This document shows, piece after piece, positions 17,558-27,545 of a stretch of DNA of 64,000 nt. The notes under the pieces are model-generated. The model was not told the origin of the DNA. It did no database searches and saw only the letters and a program-made list of their open reading frames with translations. This DNA comes from an uncultured Alphaproteobacteria bacterium (GTDB taxonomy: Bacteria > Pseudomonadota > Alphaproteobacteria > Geminicoccales > Geminicoccaceae): contig CAWHFO010000047.1 of assembly GCA_963828215.1 (NCBI GenBank), positions 32,915-96,914 on the forward strand. The letters run 5' to 3'. The number at the start of each line of letters is the position of its first letter. The first letter of the stretch is position 1. The position numbers and the translations under genes were made by a program.

Positions 17558-19552
17558 ATGTGCGGTATCGCAGGCATCGTGGAGACGACCGGGTCGCGAG
17601 GGACGGCCGACCTCGCTCGTTCGATCGCGAGCATGACCGCGGCCCTCGCCCATCGCGGCCCGGACCGCCAGGCGACCTGGACGGGGCCGCAGCAGCGCGT
17701 GGCCCTCGGCCACACCCGGCTCGCCATCGTCGACCTGTCGGCGGCCGGCGACCAACCCATGGTTTCTGCCGACGGGCGGCTCGTCCTGACGTACAATGGT
17801 GAGCTGTACAACGCCGGCGAGCTGCGGGCCGAGCTGGAGGGCCTCGGCCATCGGTTCCGGGGCCATGCCGACACCGAGGTTCTCCTGGCCGGGTGCGTAG
17901 CCTGGGGTGTCGAGGCGTGCCTCCACCGGACCAACGGCATGTTCGCCTTCGGCCTCTGGAACGAGGCCGACCGGTGCCTGACGCTGGCCCGCGACCGGCT
18001 GGGCGAGAAGCCTCTCTACTGGGGATGCTTCGGCGGCCGGCTCCTCTTCGCCTCGGAAATCAAGGCGCTCCGGGCGCACCCCGGATGGTCGCCCGAGATC
18101 GACCCGGAGGCGCTGGCGAGCTATCTGCGCTGGCGCTCGGTGCCGGCGCCGCGGACCATCTACCGCGGCCTCCAGAAGCTCCGCCCCGGGCACCTTCTCG
18201 AGTGGCGCCCGCGCACGGGCGTGCGCATCCGGCCCTATTGGGACCCGGTCGCGATCGCCGCCCGGGGCGCGCTCGAGCTCGACGACGACGAGGCCGTCGA
18301 CCGGCTCGACGGGCTTCTTCGGGATGCCGTGGGGCGCCGCATGGTGGCCGACGTGCCGCTGGGCGGCTTCCTCTCCGGCGGCATCAACTCCTCGCTCGTG
18401 ACGGCGCTGATGCAGGCGCAGAGCCGGGTGCCGGTGCGGACCTTCTCGATCGGCTTTCGCGAGGGCGGCTTCGACGAGGCGCCCCATGCCCGGGCCGTCG
18501 CGGCGCACCTCGGCACCGACCACACGGAGCTCTACGTGACGCCGGGGCAGGCCCAGGAGGTGATCCCCCGTCTGCCCCGGATGTTCGACGAGCCGTTCGC
18601 GGACGCCTCCCAGATCCCGACGGCCCTTCTCGCCGCCCTGACCCGCCGGCACGTCACCGTGGCCCTCTCCGGCGACGGCGGCGACGAGCTGTTCGGCGGC
18701 TACCGGCGCTACCAGGAAGCCGCCCGGGCCTGGCGGCGGCTCTGCCGCGTGCCGCCCCTCGGCCGGCGCCTCGCCGCCGGGCTTTTTCCTCTCTGGCCGT
18801 CGCTCCTGCGGACCTCTTCGACGGCGCGGGCGGTCACGCCCGATGCCCTGCTGCCGATGTGGGAGCGCCTGGACTATTGGGGGCGGATCGCCGGGGCTCC
18901 GGACGGCGGCACCTTCTATACGGATCGGTGCGCGCAATGGCGGGATCCGGCAGCCCTTCTCCTGGGCGCGGTCCCGGATGCGGGGGCCGAGCCGGCGGCG
19001 GGCGCCCGCCCCGGCGATCTTCTGGACCAGATGCAGATGGCCGATCTCCAGGCCTATCTGCCCGACGACGTGCTGACCAAGGTCGACCGTGCCACGATGG
19101 CCGTGGCGCTCGAGGCCCGGGTGCCGCTGCTCGACCATCGGGTCGTCGAGCTGGCGCTGCGGCTGCCGCGACGGCTGCGGGTGCGGGACGGCGTCGGCAA
19201 ATGGGCGCTGCGCCGCGTCCTCGGGCGCTACGTCCCGGACGCCCTGGTCGACCGGCCCAAGGCCGGCTTCTCGGTCCCGCTCGCGGGCTGGCTGCGCGGG
19301 CCGCTGCGCGACTGGGCCGAGGACCTGCTGGACCCGCGCCGGCTGCGAGCGGAAGGCCTGCTCGAGCCCCGGCCGATCATCGAGCGCTGGCGCCAGCACC
19401 AGGCCGGCCATCGGGACTGGCACGCCCATCTCTGGACGATCCTCATGCTCGAGGCCTGGCTGCGCGAGGAGCGGACGGTCGTGCCGGCCGTGTCGCCGGA
19501 GCCGTCCCGCCCCTGGTCGCCCGGCGCTCCGGCGCCGGCCCCGGCGTCCTGA
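17558..19552 (+). CDS. asnB: Asparagine synthetase B-family glutamine amidotransferase (polysaccharide-locus type)
   Basis: The N-terminus is MCGIAG (Ntn Cys). Other motifs are LAIVDLS, YNGELYN and the PP-loop SGGINSS. Confidence 0.9.
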   Translation: MCGIAGIVETTGSRGTADLARSIASMTAALAHRGPDRQATWTGPQQRVALGHTRLAIVDLSAAGDQPMVSADGRLVLTYNGELYNAGELRAELEGLGHRFRGHADTEVLLAGCVAWGVEACLHRTNGMFAFGLWNEADRCLTLARDRLGEKPLYWGCFGGRLLFASEIKALRAHPGWSPEIDPEALASYLRWRSVPAPRTIYRGLQKLRPGHLLEWRPRTGVRIRPYWDPVAIAARGALELDDDEAVDRLDGLLRDAVGRRMVADVPLGGFLSGGINSSLVTALMQAQSRVPVRTFSIGFREGGFDEAPHARAVAAHLGTDHTELYVTPGQAQEVIPRLPRMFDEPFADASQIPTALLAALTRRHVTVALSGDGGDELFGGYRRYQEAARAWRRLCRVPPLGRRLAAGLFPLWPSLLRTSSTARAVTPDALLPMWERLDYWGRIAGAPDGGTFYTDRCAQWRDPAALLLGAVPDAGAEPAAGARPGDLLDQMQMADLQAYLPDDVLTKVDRATMAVALEARVPLLDHRVVELALRLPRRLRVRDGVGKWALRRVLGRYVPDALVDRPKAGFSVPLAGWLRGPLRDWAEDLLDPRRLRAEGLLEPRPIIERWRQHQAGHRDWHAHLWTILMLEAWLREERTVVPAVSPEPSRPWSPGAPAPAPAS

Positions 19553-19561
19553 GGCCGGCCG

Positions 19562-20830
19562 ATGTCACGGGGAGTGCCGCCCATGCGAGGGTCGACCCGG
19601 GACGACGACCGGGTGGACGTCACGGTCGTTCGCGATCAGGGCCAGCTCGCCGCTCACGCCTCGGAATGGCGGGAGCTGGCGTCCGAGGCGCTGGAGAGCA
19701 ACGTCTTCTACGAGGCGACCCCGCTGCTTCTGGCGCTGCGGCATCTGAGCCGGGGGCGCTCCTGGCTGGTCCTGCTCCTGCGTCAGCGCGGCCGCCTGAT
19801 CGGCCTCGTGCCGCTGCAGCATCGGGCGATCGGCGACTTCAGCACTAGCCTCGTGCTCGAGCTGCTCCGCCATCCCCACAGCTTCCTGCATACGCCGCTG
19901 GTCCACCGCGATGCCGCCCCGGCGGCCATCGACGCCTGGCTCGGCTGGGCCGGGACCAGCAGCCGGCCGGTGCTCCTCCATTGCCAGCGGGTCAGCGCGG
20001 ATGGCCCCGTCTTCCGGCTGCTGGCCGAGCGGGCGCGGAGCCGGGGCCTGAGCTGGCTCGAGCGCCACGCCTACGAGCGGCCCTCGCTCGTCCCCGACCC
20101 CACCGGCGACGGCGACCTCTATCTGAGGAAGGCCCTGTCCGGCGACCGGCGGCGCGAGCTGGGGCGCCAACGCCGCCTGCTCCAGGCGCGAGGCGAGCTC
20201 ACCGTCCAGGCGCTGCGACCCGACGAGGATTGCGGTCCCTGGACGGAGGCGTTCCTGGACCTCGAGGCCCGGGGCTGGAAGGGGGCCCAGGGCAGCGCCC
20301 TGGCCTCCGACCCCCGACACGCCCGGTTCTTCCGCGCCCTCACGACCGGCCTGCACGCGGAGGGCCGGCTCACGATGCTCGGGCTCAAGCTCGACGGGCG
20401 GTGGATCGCCGTGAACTCACTCCTGTGCGCCTCCGGCCCCGACCGCCGTGTCTTCGCCTTCAAGACGGCCTACGACGAGACGCTGCGCAACCTGGCGCCC
20501 GGCATCCTGCTGGAGACCGAGACCGTGAGGCATCTGCACGCGAGGACCCCGGCGATCGGCATCGTCGACAGCTGCACGGCGCCGGGCCGCCCCGTGATCG
20601 GGGCGCTGTGGCGCGAGCGGACGCGGATCTGCAACCTGGCCCTGGCACCGACCGGCGGGCTCGGCCGCCTCGCCCTCGGGCGCGCTCCGGAGGGGTGCCA
20701 CGTGGCGATCCCGGGGCGAGCGCCCGACGCCGGCCCTGGCCGGCCCACCCCGTTCTGCCGAGCGGCCCGGCCAGGGCCGCATCGCATAGGCCGGCGCCCC
20801 GGGGCGCCCTCCGTGGCGAGGACACGATGA
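19562..20830 (+). CDS. CelD/BioF2-like GNAT-fold acyltransferase
   Basis: The length and motifs (WRELASEALESNVFYEATPLLLAL, LDLEARGWKGAQGSAL, AFKTAYDETLRNLAPGILL) are typical of CelD-like proteins of EPS loci. The C-terminal tail is uncertain. Confidence 0.55.
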   Translation: MSRGVPPMRGSTRDDDRVDVTVVRDQGQLAAHASEWRELASEALESNVFYEATPLLLALRHLSRGRSWLVLLLRQRGRLIGLVPLQHRAIGDFSTSLVLELLRHPHSFLHTPLVHRDAAPAAIDAWLGWAGTSSRPVLLHCQRVSADGPVFRLLAERARSRGLSWLERHAYERPSLVPDPTGDGDLYLRKALSGDRRRELGRQRRLLQARGELTVQALRPDEDCGPWTEAFLDLEARGWKGAQGSALASDPRHARFFRALTTGLHAEGRLTMLGLKLDGRWIAVNSLLCASGPDRRVFAFKTAYDETLRNLAPGILLETETVRHLHARTPAIGIVDSCTAPGRPVIGALWRERTRICNLALAPTGGLGRLALGRAPEGCHVAIPGRAPDAGPGRPTPFCRAARPGPHRIGRRPGAPSVARTR

Positions 20831-21723
20831 GCTACCTAGGTCGTCTTTCACGAGCCCTGCTCACCCTCCCGGTCGTGGTGGACTTCCTGCGCACCCGGGA
20901 GATCGGCGCCGCCTACGGGGTCGGCCCGTGGCGCAAGCTCGAGCTGCTCGGCCGCTTCAGGCGGAACATCCGGCGGGTGAGCACCCTGAGCGATTTCCGG
21001 GAGCACATGGAGCTGGCCGCGGCGATCCTCCGCGTGCCCCCCTCGGTCGAGGGCGATGTCGTCGAGTGCGGATGCTATGTGGGCGGCAGCTCTGTCAATC
21101 TCTCGCTCGTCTGCGCGTTGGTCGGGCGGCGGCTCCTGATCTGCGACTCGTTCGAGGGCCTGCCGGAGCCCGACGAGCACGACCGCGTGCACGTGGCGGT
21201 GCACGGCGGGCACGTCGACACCTACTACAAGGGCCGGTTCGCGGCCCCCCTCGAGGTGGTGAGGCGCAACCTCGCCCGCTGCGGCGACCTCTCCGTCTGC
21301 GACTTCCGGGTCGGCTTCTTCGACAAGACCATGGGCGATCTCGACCGGCCCGTCGTCATGGCGTTCCTGGACGTCGACCTGATCGACTCGCTCAAGCCCT
21401 GCCTCGCCGGGCTGTGGCCGAGGCTCCAGGACGGCTGCCGGGCCTATGTCCACGAGGCGCGGAACCTGCCCCTCGTCGCCGTCTTCTTCGACGGGCCCTG
21501 GTGGTGGAAGACCCTGGGGCAGGCGCCGCCCGGCTTCGTGGGGTCGGGGGTGGGCCTGCCCCTGGGCATGGCGACCAAGTGGGGGTCGGAGCTCGGCTAT
21601 GCGCGCAAGGACGCGCGCAGCGAGGCGCCCGCCCTCCGCCGAGGCCCGGCCGCCGACCGGCAGGCCAGGGAGGGAGAGCGGTCGGCGCACGCTCTGCCCG
21701 GCGGCGTCGCCCAGGCGCTCTGA
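20827..21723 (+). CDS. TylF/MycF-family SAM-dependent O-methyltransferase
   Basis: Motifs are GDVVECGCYVGGSSVNLS, LLICDSFEGLPEP and VVMAFLDVDLIDS. The start overlaps the upstream stop (ATGA), and the stop overlaps the next start. Confidence 0.7.
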   Translation: MSYLGRLSRALLTLPVVVDFLRTREIGAAYGVGPWRKLELLGRFRRNIRRVSTLSDFREHMELAAAILRVPPSVEGDVVECGCYVGGSSVNLSLVCALVGRRLLICDSFEGLPEPDEHDRVHVAVHGGHVDTYYKGRFAAPLEVVRRNLARCGDLSVCDFRVGFFDKTMGDLDRPVVMAFLDVDLIDSLKPCLAGLWPRLQDGCRAYVHEARNLPLVAVFFDGPWWWKTLGQAPPGFVGSGVGLPLGMATKWGSELGYARKDARSEAPALRRGPAADRQAREGERSAHALPGGVAQAL

Positions 21724-22918
21724 TGCGTCGGTCCCTGATCGAGACCGGCCACGAGGTCGGCCTCCGGGCGGCGCCGTCCCCACGAGCAACGCCGGCGCTA
21801 CGGCACGGGTCCGAAAGGCCTCGCCGGCTGACCCTGGTCGTCGCCAATCTGGGCTGGGGCGGAGCGCAGAAGGTGATCGTCACCCTGGCCAACTACTGGG
21901 CGGAGCGGGGCTGGCCGGTCACGCTCCTGTCCGTGGCCGAGCGGCGCGTCGAGTTGTATTTTCCCGTCAGCCCCGCGGTCCGGCTCGTCTATCTCGCCGC
22001 CGCCGGCGACTCCCGGGGAACCGGCCACGCGATGCGACAGAATCTCGAGGCGGGTGGCGGTGCTGCGCCGCGCCATCCGGGAGAGCGCTCCGGAGGTCGT
22101 GCTGTCCTTTCTGTCGACCACCAACGTCATGACCCTCCTGGCGACCCGCGGGCTGTCGGTGCCCGTGATCGTCTCCGAGCGGGGCGATCCCCGACGGGGC
22201 AACCTTCCCCCGGTCTGGCGCGGCCTTCGGGCCCTGACCTACCGGCGCGCCTTCAGCCTCGTGGCACAGACGGACCATGCCCTGGAGCCGTTTGCCGGAG
22301 CCATCCGGCGGCGCGGGACGATCATCCCGAACCCGGTCGTCCTGCCTCCCGAGCCTCTCTCCGGGGGGCCGCCGGCCATCGTCGCCGCCGGCCATCTGGA
22401 CCCCGTCAAGGGCTTCGACGTTCTCATCCGGGCCTTCGCGCGCTCCGCCTCCGACCATCCCGGGTGGCGGCTGATCATCTGGGGCGAGGGGCCGGCGCGC
22501 GACGGGCTCGAGCGGCTGGCCGGACAGCTCGGGATCGGCGCGCGGACGACGGCTGGCGGGACGCAGCGAGCAGCCCGGCGGCTGGCTCGGCTCCGGCTCG
22601 ATCTTCGTCCTCAGCTCGCGCCACGAGGGGTTCCCGAATGCCCTGATCGAGGCGATGGCTGCCGGGCTGGCCGTCGTCGCAACCGACTGCCCGGTGGGCG
22701 GGCCGCGCTCGATGATCGACCCGGAGGTCCATGGCCTGCTCGTCCCCGTCGAGGACGAGGCCGGGCTGGCCGAGGCGATGGTCCGGCTGATGACGAGCCC
22801 GGACCTGAGGCGGCGGCTCGGCGGGCGCGCCCGCCAGCGGGCCGGCGACTTCGCGCTACCGCGGGTGATGGCGCGCTGGACGGCGCTCGTCGAGCAGGCC
22901 GCGACGGCCCGATCCTGA
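21723..22918 (+). CDS. GT4 glycosyltransferase, two frame breaks (~22052, ~22546)
   Basis: Three consecutive frames carry RLTLVVANLGWGGAQKVIVTLANYW, then VAVLRRAIRESAPEVVLSFL...HLDPVKGFDVLIRAF, then IFVLSSRHEGFPNALIEAMAAGLAVVATDCP. Confidence 0.7.
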
Positions 22919-24076
22919 CTCCGCGGGCGCCCGACGCCGATCCGCGGGCGGAGCCGCGACGGCCTCGTAGAGCCTGTCGTAGCGCCGGACGATCGCGGCC
23001 AGGGCGTAGTCCCGCAGGATGCGCTCGCGCCCCGAGAGCCCGCGCGCGCGCCGCTCGGCTCCCGACAGGCGGAGCAGCACGCCCAACGCCCCGGCCAGCG
23101 CCTCGGGATCCTGGGGGGCCACCACCTCGCCGACGCCCTCGAGCAGGGGGCGGCAGTCGCCGATGGCGGTCGCCACGCAGGGAACCCCGGCGGCCATGGC
23201 CTCGCCCAGCACATTGGGAAAGCCCTCCCCCCAGGCCGAGCAGAGCGTCGCGATGTCGAGGCCGGCCACCAGCCGCGGCATGTCCGACCGCTCCCCGAGC
23301 AGGGCCACGTGCCGGCCCAGGCCCTGCTCCCCGATCAGGCGCACGAGGTCTCCATTGTCGGCCGTCATGCCCGGGCCGACCAGGACGAGACGAAAATCCG
23401 CCCCGGCAGCGAGCAGGCGGGCGGCCGCCCGCAGCATCGTCCCGTGATCCTTCATCGGATGGTAGCGGGCGACGAGCCCGACGAGCGCGGTGGCGGGGCC
23501 GAGGCCCAGCTCCTGCCGCAGCGCCGCTCCCGCAGCCGCGTCGGGCCTGAACAGATCCGTGTCGAACCCGTTGGGAACGACCTCGACGTGGCGCGCCCCG
23601 TAGCCATGGCCCCGATGCTGGGCGGCGCTCAGGGAGGAATTGTAGACGAGCGCCGCCGCGAGGCGCGAGAGGGGTGCCCCGATCCGAATGACCCGCCGCG
23701 TCGCCGGCTTCTCGAGTCCCAGGTCGTGCAGCGAGTGCCGGATGTTCCAGAGCACCGGCAGACCGGGATACGCGAGGCGGGCCCCGGCCAGCCCCGCCAG
23801 ATTGCCGTGATACATCCAGCCATGCACGAGGTCCGGCCGCCAGCGGCGCAGCAGCTGCCTGAGCCGCGCCACGGCCTTCAAGCTCAGCCGCCCCGGCGCC
23901 AGGCCCAGGTGGTGCAGCTCCACGCCGGTGGCGGCCACGCGGCCCCAGAGCCCCCCGCCCGGCTGAAGCGAGACCACCATCTGGCTGTGGCGGCCGCCGT
24001 CCGCCTCGAGGAGCTTGGCCATCATCATCTGGGCGCCGCCGGTGGCGAGCGCCGTCGTCACATGGACGATCCTCAC
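22856..24076 (-). CDS. GT4 glycosyltransferase
   Basis: The GTG start overlaps the upstream stop. Motifs are RIVHVTTALATGGAQMMM, VGLVARYHPMKDH and LCSAWGEGFPNVLGEAMAAGVPCVAT. Confidence 0.8.
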   Translation of the reverse strand: MRIVHVTTALATGGAQMMMAKLLEADGGRHSQMVVSLQPGGGLWGRVAATGVELHHLGLAPGRLSLKAVARLRQLLRRWRPDLVHGWMYHGNLAGLAGARLAYPGLPVLWNIRHSLHDLGLEKPATRRVIRIGAPLSRLAAALVYNSSLSAAQHRGHGYGARHVEVVPNGFDTDLFRPDAAAGAALRQELGLGPATALVGLVARYHPMKDHGTMLRAAARLLAAGADFRLVLVGPGMTADNGDLVRLIGEQGLGRHVALLGERSDMPRLVAGLDIATLCSAWGEGFPNVLGEAMAAGVPCVATAIGDCRPLLEGVGEVVAPQDPEALAGALGVLLRLSGAERRARGLSGRERILRDYALAAIVRRYDRLYEAVAAPPADRRRAPAESGSGRRGLLDERRPARHHPR

Positions 24077-25401
24077 GGCGCGGCCTCCCGCCGACCGCCT
24101 GCGAGCCCCGGCTCCGGCTCCTGGTCGCCCGTCTCGGGCACCGTCCCGCGCTGCCGCTCGATCCAGCCGATGCCGAGGACGAGGCCGGCCGGGATGACGA
24201 ACGCTGCCGTGTGGAGGGTATTGTGACTGAAGAACCCGCTGACGATGGCGACCTGGACGAAGACGAGGCCCGGCCAGAACCGGCGGGCCCAGCACAAGGT
24301 CAGCAGGGCCAGGAGAAGCCATACATAGAGAACGAGACCGACCAGGCCGTTGTCGACCCAGACCGCGAGGTAGGAATTGTGGGGTCCGAGCGGCATCGCG
24401 CGGAAGTAGCCGGCGCCATGGCCGACGAGGACGGCCTCGTCGATCAGCGCCAGATATTTGGGCATGAGATCCAGGCGCACCTCGTCGCTGCTGTAGACGG
24501 CATCGTTCTCGAAGGTGAAGGTCGACAGGCGGCGTTGCGCATTCTCCGCGTCGAACATCTGCGACGAGCTCGTCAGGCTCGACACGATCAGGACGGCGAA
24601 CAGGGCCATGGTCAGCGCGGCGCCGGGCAGGATGAGGAGCTGTCTGACGCGACGGCCCTGACCGGTCAGCCAGAGATAGTTGAGGATGAAAACCAGGAGC
24701 TGGATCATCCCGCCTCGCGACAGGGTGGTGAAAACTCCGGTGAAGGCGGCGAGGATCAGGGCCAGATCGAGCAGGTGAATGCGATCGTAGCGGACCGACA
24801 GCGCGAGCATGAGGACGATGGCTATCGCGGCCAGATTGGGGTTCTCCTCGAAGCCGCCGGCACGCCCGATCGCCGAGGAGAAGGTACCCGGAAAGGCGAG
24901 GTCGACGAAGGTGGACGAGAGCAGCACCAGGAGAATGAGGATCATCACCCAGCGCCAGCCCAGCCTCACGAGCAGGACGGCGGTGGTCAGGCCGCCGAAC
25001 AGCATGAGGAATCGGTAGCCGAGGATGTAGACGGCCTTGCCGTCCTCGTAGTCGAGATTGGCGTCGGGCAGCGCCGCGGTCATGGCGTTCCAGACGGCCA
25101 GCAGCAGGAAGGGCAGGAGCGCCGAGGCGTTGTCGCGCCAGAGATCGAAGGTCCTGGCGAGCCGATGCCGGCGATAGTCGGGCAGATGGACCCGCAAGGC
25201 GATCGGCGCGAGCATGATGACGAAGAGCTCGACGGGCTGGCTCAGCAAGACATCAACGGGCTGGTTCTGCATCCACGGCCAGTCGCGCAGCGCCAGGACT
25301 GCATCGGTGACGTAGAGGGTCAGGAACAGCACGGTGTGGACCGCCAGGACACCGTCGGTCAGACGGGCGCTCATGCGCTGCGCCTGGGCAGCCTGACTCA
25401 T
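24073..25401 (-). CDS. O-antigen ligase/polymerase-family (Wzy-like) membrane protein
   Basis: It has ≥10 hydrophobic helices. A central loop reads GRAGGFEENPNLAAIAIVLMLAL...FTTLSRGGM, with HNSYLAVWVDNGLVGL downstream. This part of the 24073-27369 ORF is the real gene. Confidence 0.75.
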   Translation of the reverse strand: MSQAAQAQRMSARLTDGVLAVHTVLFLTLYVTDAVLALRDWPWMQNQPVDVLLSQPVELFVIMLAPIALRVHLPDYRRHRLARTFDLWRDNASALLPFLLLAVWNAMTAALPDANLDYEDGKAVYILGYRFLMLFGGLTTAVLLVRLGWRWVMILILLVLLSSTFVDLAFPGTFSSAIGRAGGFEENPNLAAIAIVLMLALSVRYDRIHLLDLALILAAFTGVFTTLSRGGMIQLLVFILNYLWLTGQGRRVRQLLILPGAALTMALFAVLIVSSLTSSSQMFDAENAQRRLSTFTFENDAVYSSDEVRLDLMPKYLALIDEAVLVGHGAGYFRAMPLGPHNSYLAVWVDNGLVGLVLYVWLLLALLTLCWARRFWPGLVFVQVAIVSGFFSHNTLHTAAFVIPAGLVLGIGWIERQRGTVPETGDQEPEPGLAGGRREAAP

Positions 25402-26604
25402 CCGACATGCTCCCGCCCGCGCAGGCGCGGCTCGGGCGCCGTGCCGGCGAGGCTTCCGGCGCGGGCGCCAGCGACGCCGGCGAGCGCCCGTTCCGTGCTC
25501 GTCAGCATGACCGGTAGACTGAAACGCTCGACGATGCGCGAGCGGGCCCGCTCGCCCCGGCGCCGGCGCTCGTTCGGCGCCGTCCGCAGCAGGCGATCGA
25601 CGCGATCGGCCAGCGCCGCCGGATCGGCGACCGGCACCACCTCGCCCGTGTCGCCCATGATGAGGGCCGCGTCCCCCACGTCGGTGGCGATGCAGGGCAG
25701 CCCGCAGGCCATCGCCTCGGCCAGGACGTTCGGGAAGGCCTCGGACGTCGAGGTCAGGCAGAGAAGGTCGAGGGCATTGTAGATGCCCGTGACGTCCCGC
25801 TGCTGTCCCGCCCAGACGACCCGGCCCTCCAGCCCCATGTCCCGGGCCGCCTGCCGCAGCCTCGAAGCCAGCTCGGGCGGGCCGTCCCCGACACAGACGA
25901 ACACGGCCTCGGGGTGCGCAGCCTGGAGCCGGGCCGCGGCCGCGAGGAAGGTCGGATGGTCCTTCACGGGCGCCAGCCGGCCGACGATGCCGATCAGGGT
26001 CGGCCCCCGCCGGAACGCCCAGCCGCGCCCGCGTCCGGGCTCTCGCGGACGCGTCGGGCCGGAAAAGGTCGAGGTCGATCCCGTTCGGGATGACCGCCGC
26101 CGAGCGCGCCCGGAAGCCCGCGTCCCGGTGCGCGGCCAGCGCCGACTCGGCGTTGGCGATCATGAGGTCGGCTCTGCCGCTGAGGAGCCCGCACAGCTCG
26201 AACGGCAGCCGGCGCCGCCACTGCCGGTTCTGCCGCGACGAGCGCAGCCCCCAGACGAGCGCCGTGCGGCGTCCGCCGGCGGTCGCCGCCAAGCCCACCA
26301 GATTGGCGATGGAAAGGGCGCAATAGAGGACGTCGACCGCGTCGGCCCGGAGCATGCGGCGCAGTCGCAGGACGGTTCCCGGGAGCCGGTGGGCGATGTC
26401 GAGGCGTCCCGGCCGGTAGCGCCGATTGAGGGCGACGAGGCGAAGATCGCCCCGCCCCTCGAGCCGCTCCCAATAGACCCCGCCCTCGACCAGCGTCGCG
26501 CAGGTGAGAGCGTGCCCCCGGGCGCTCAGCCCCAGGGCCAGCTGCACGAACTGCCGTTGGGCGCCTCCGGCATCGAGGGAGGGCAGCAGGAGCATGATCC
26601 TCAT
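25398..26604 (-). CDS. GT4 glycosyltransferase, frame break in C-run ~26004-26008
   Basis: The N-terminal half MRIMLLLPSLDAGGAQRQFVQLALGL is in one frame. The C-terminal half KDHPTFLAAAARL...LTSTSEAFPNVLAEAMACGLPCIATDVG is in listed ORF 25398-25967. Confidence 0.75.
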
Positions 26605-27545
26605 CGGGACGAGCTCCGCGCATAGCCGTAGCGGGCGAGAAGCGGACGGCAGAGGCGATCGAGGAGCCGGCGATCCTTGGCCGGCAGCCGGCGCTGCCAC
26701 TCGAAATCGGGGGCGAGCCGGAGCTGGCCGCCCATCCGCAGCCGGTTGCCCGCCATGACGTGCCCCGAGGCCATCGGCGCCCCGGCCGAGATGTCCCGTG
26801 CCACGGCCGAGAGGTCCAGGCCGCAGAGCTCGCCCAGCCCGGCCATCGCGGCCTCCGGCTCGCTCATCAGGCTCTCGTACCCGAGACGCAGCCGCCGGCT
26901 CGCCGGCAACTTGGTGGCGACGCGCTCGGCGGCGAGGTTGGTCGCCATCCACATGAGCGCGGTGCGCACCACGGACCGTTCCCGCTTCTCGACCTGCAGG
27001 CCCAGGCGCGGGTTCGACGCCAGGTGACGACGCAGGGACCAGGCGACGCCCCGCCCGTCGCGGATCAGGTGGACGAGGCGGAGATCGATGTCCCCGACCG
27101 CCGCCAGGGCCCTGGCGCGGCCGGGCAACTTGGACGCATCGACGACGATCGACCGGCCGGTGACCTCGCTCGTGGCGTGGAAGAGGCCCCGCGTGAGGGC
27201 CGCGTAGGCCGACCAGCCGGCATCGCCGCGCCGTCTCGGGAGCCAGCCCTCGAAGGTCGCCTGCAGCCGGGCATAGGTGGCGATCGGGTCGCCCCCGACA
27301 TGCGCGGCCCAGCGCCGGACGATCTCGCTCCAGACGGGGCAGCGCGGCAGGGGCTCCCCGCACGAGCAATATTCCCGGTTCGCCCAGGCGGCGCCGGCCA
27401 GGCGGAAGAGCTCGCCCGCGCCGACGACCGCCGGATGCTGGCCGAGGATGATGTTGAGGAGGGTCGAGCCGCTGTGGCCGTACCCGGCGATGTAGACGAC
27501 GCGGACCGGCGCGGCGCTCACGGCCCGCCTCCCGGAGCCGACCAT
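26601..27545 (-). CDS. Sulfotransferase-family protein
   Basis: The P-loop-like 5'-PSB motif is VVYIAGYGHSGSTLL and the 3'-PB-like segment is LVHLIRDGRGVAWS. The stop overlaps the start of the downstream GT4 (ATGA). Confidence 0.75.
   Translation of the reverse strand: MVGSGRRAVSAAPVRVVYIAGYGHSGSTLLNIILGQHPAVVGAGELFRLAGAAWANREYCSCGEPLPRCPVWSEIVRRWAAHVGGDPIATYARLQATFEGWLPRRRGDAGWSAYAALTRGLFHATSEVTGRSIVVDASKLPGRARALAAVGDIDLRLVHLIRDGRGVAWSLRRHLASNPRLGLQVEKRERSVVRTALMWMATNLAAERVATKLPASRRLRLGYESLMSEPEAAMAGLGELCGLDLSAVARDISAGAPMASGHVMAGNRLRMGGQLRLAPDFEWQRRLPAKDRRLLDRLCRPLLARYGYARSSSR

Noticed and set aside
24073-27369. A listed 1098-aa minus-strand ORF
   Set aside because: It is a composite. The real Wzy-like gene is 24073-25401 and the real GT4 N-terminal half is ~26000-26604. 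The remainder is out-of-frame read-through of the GT4 C-terminal half and of the sulfotransferase gene, typical for GC-rich DNA lacking stops.
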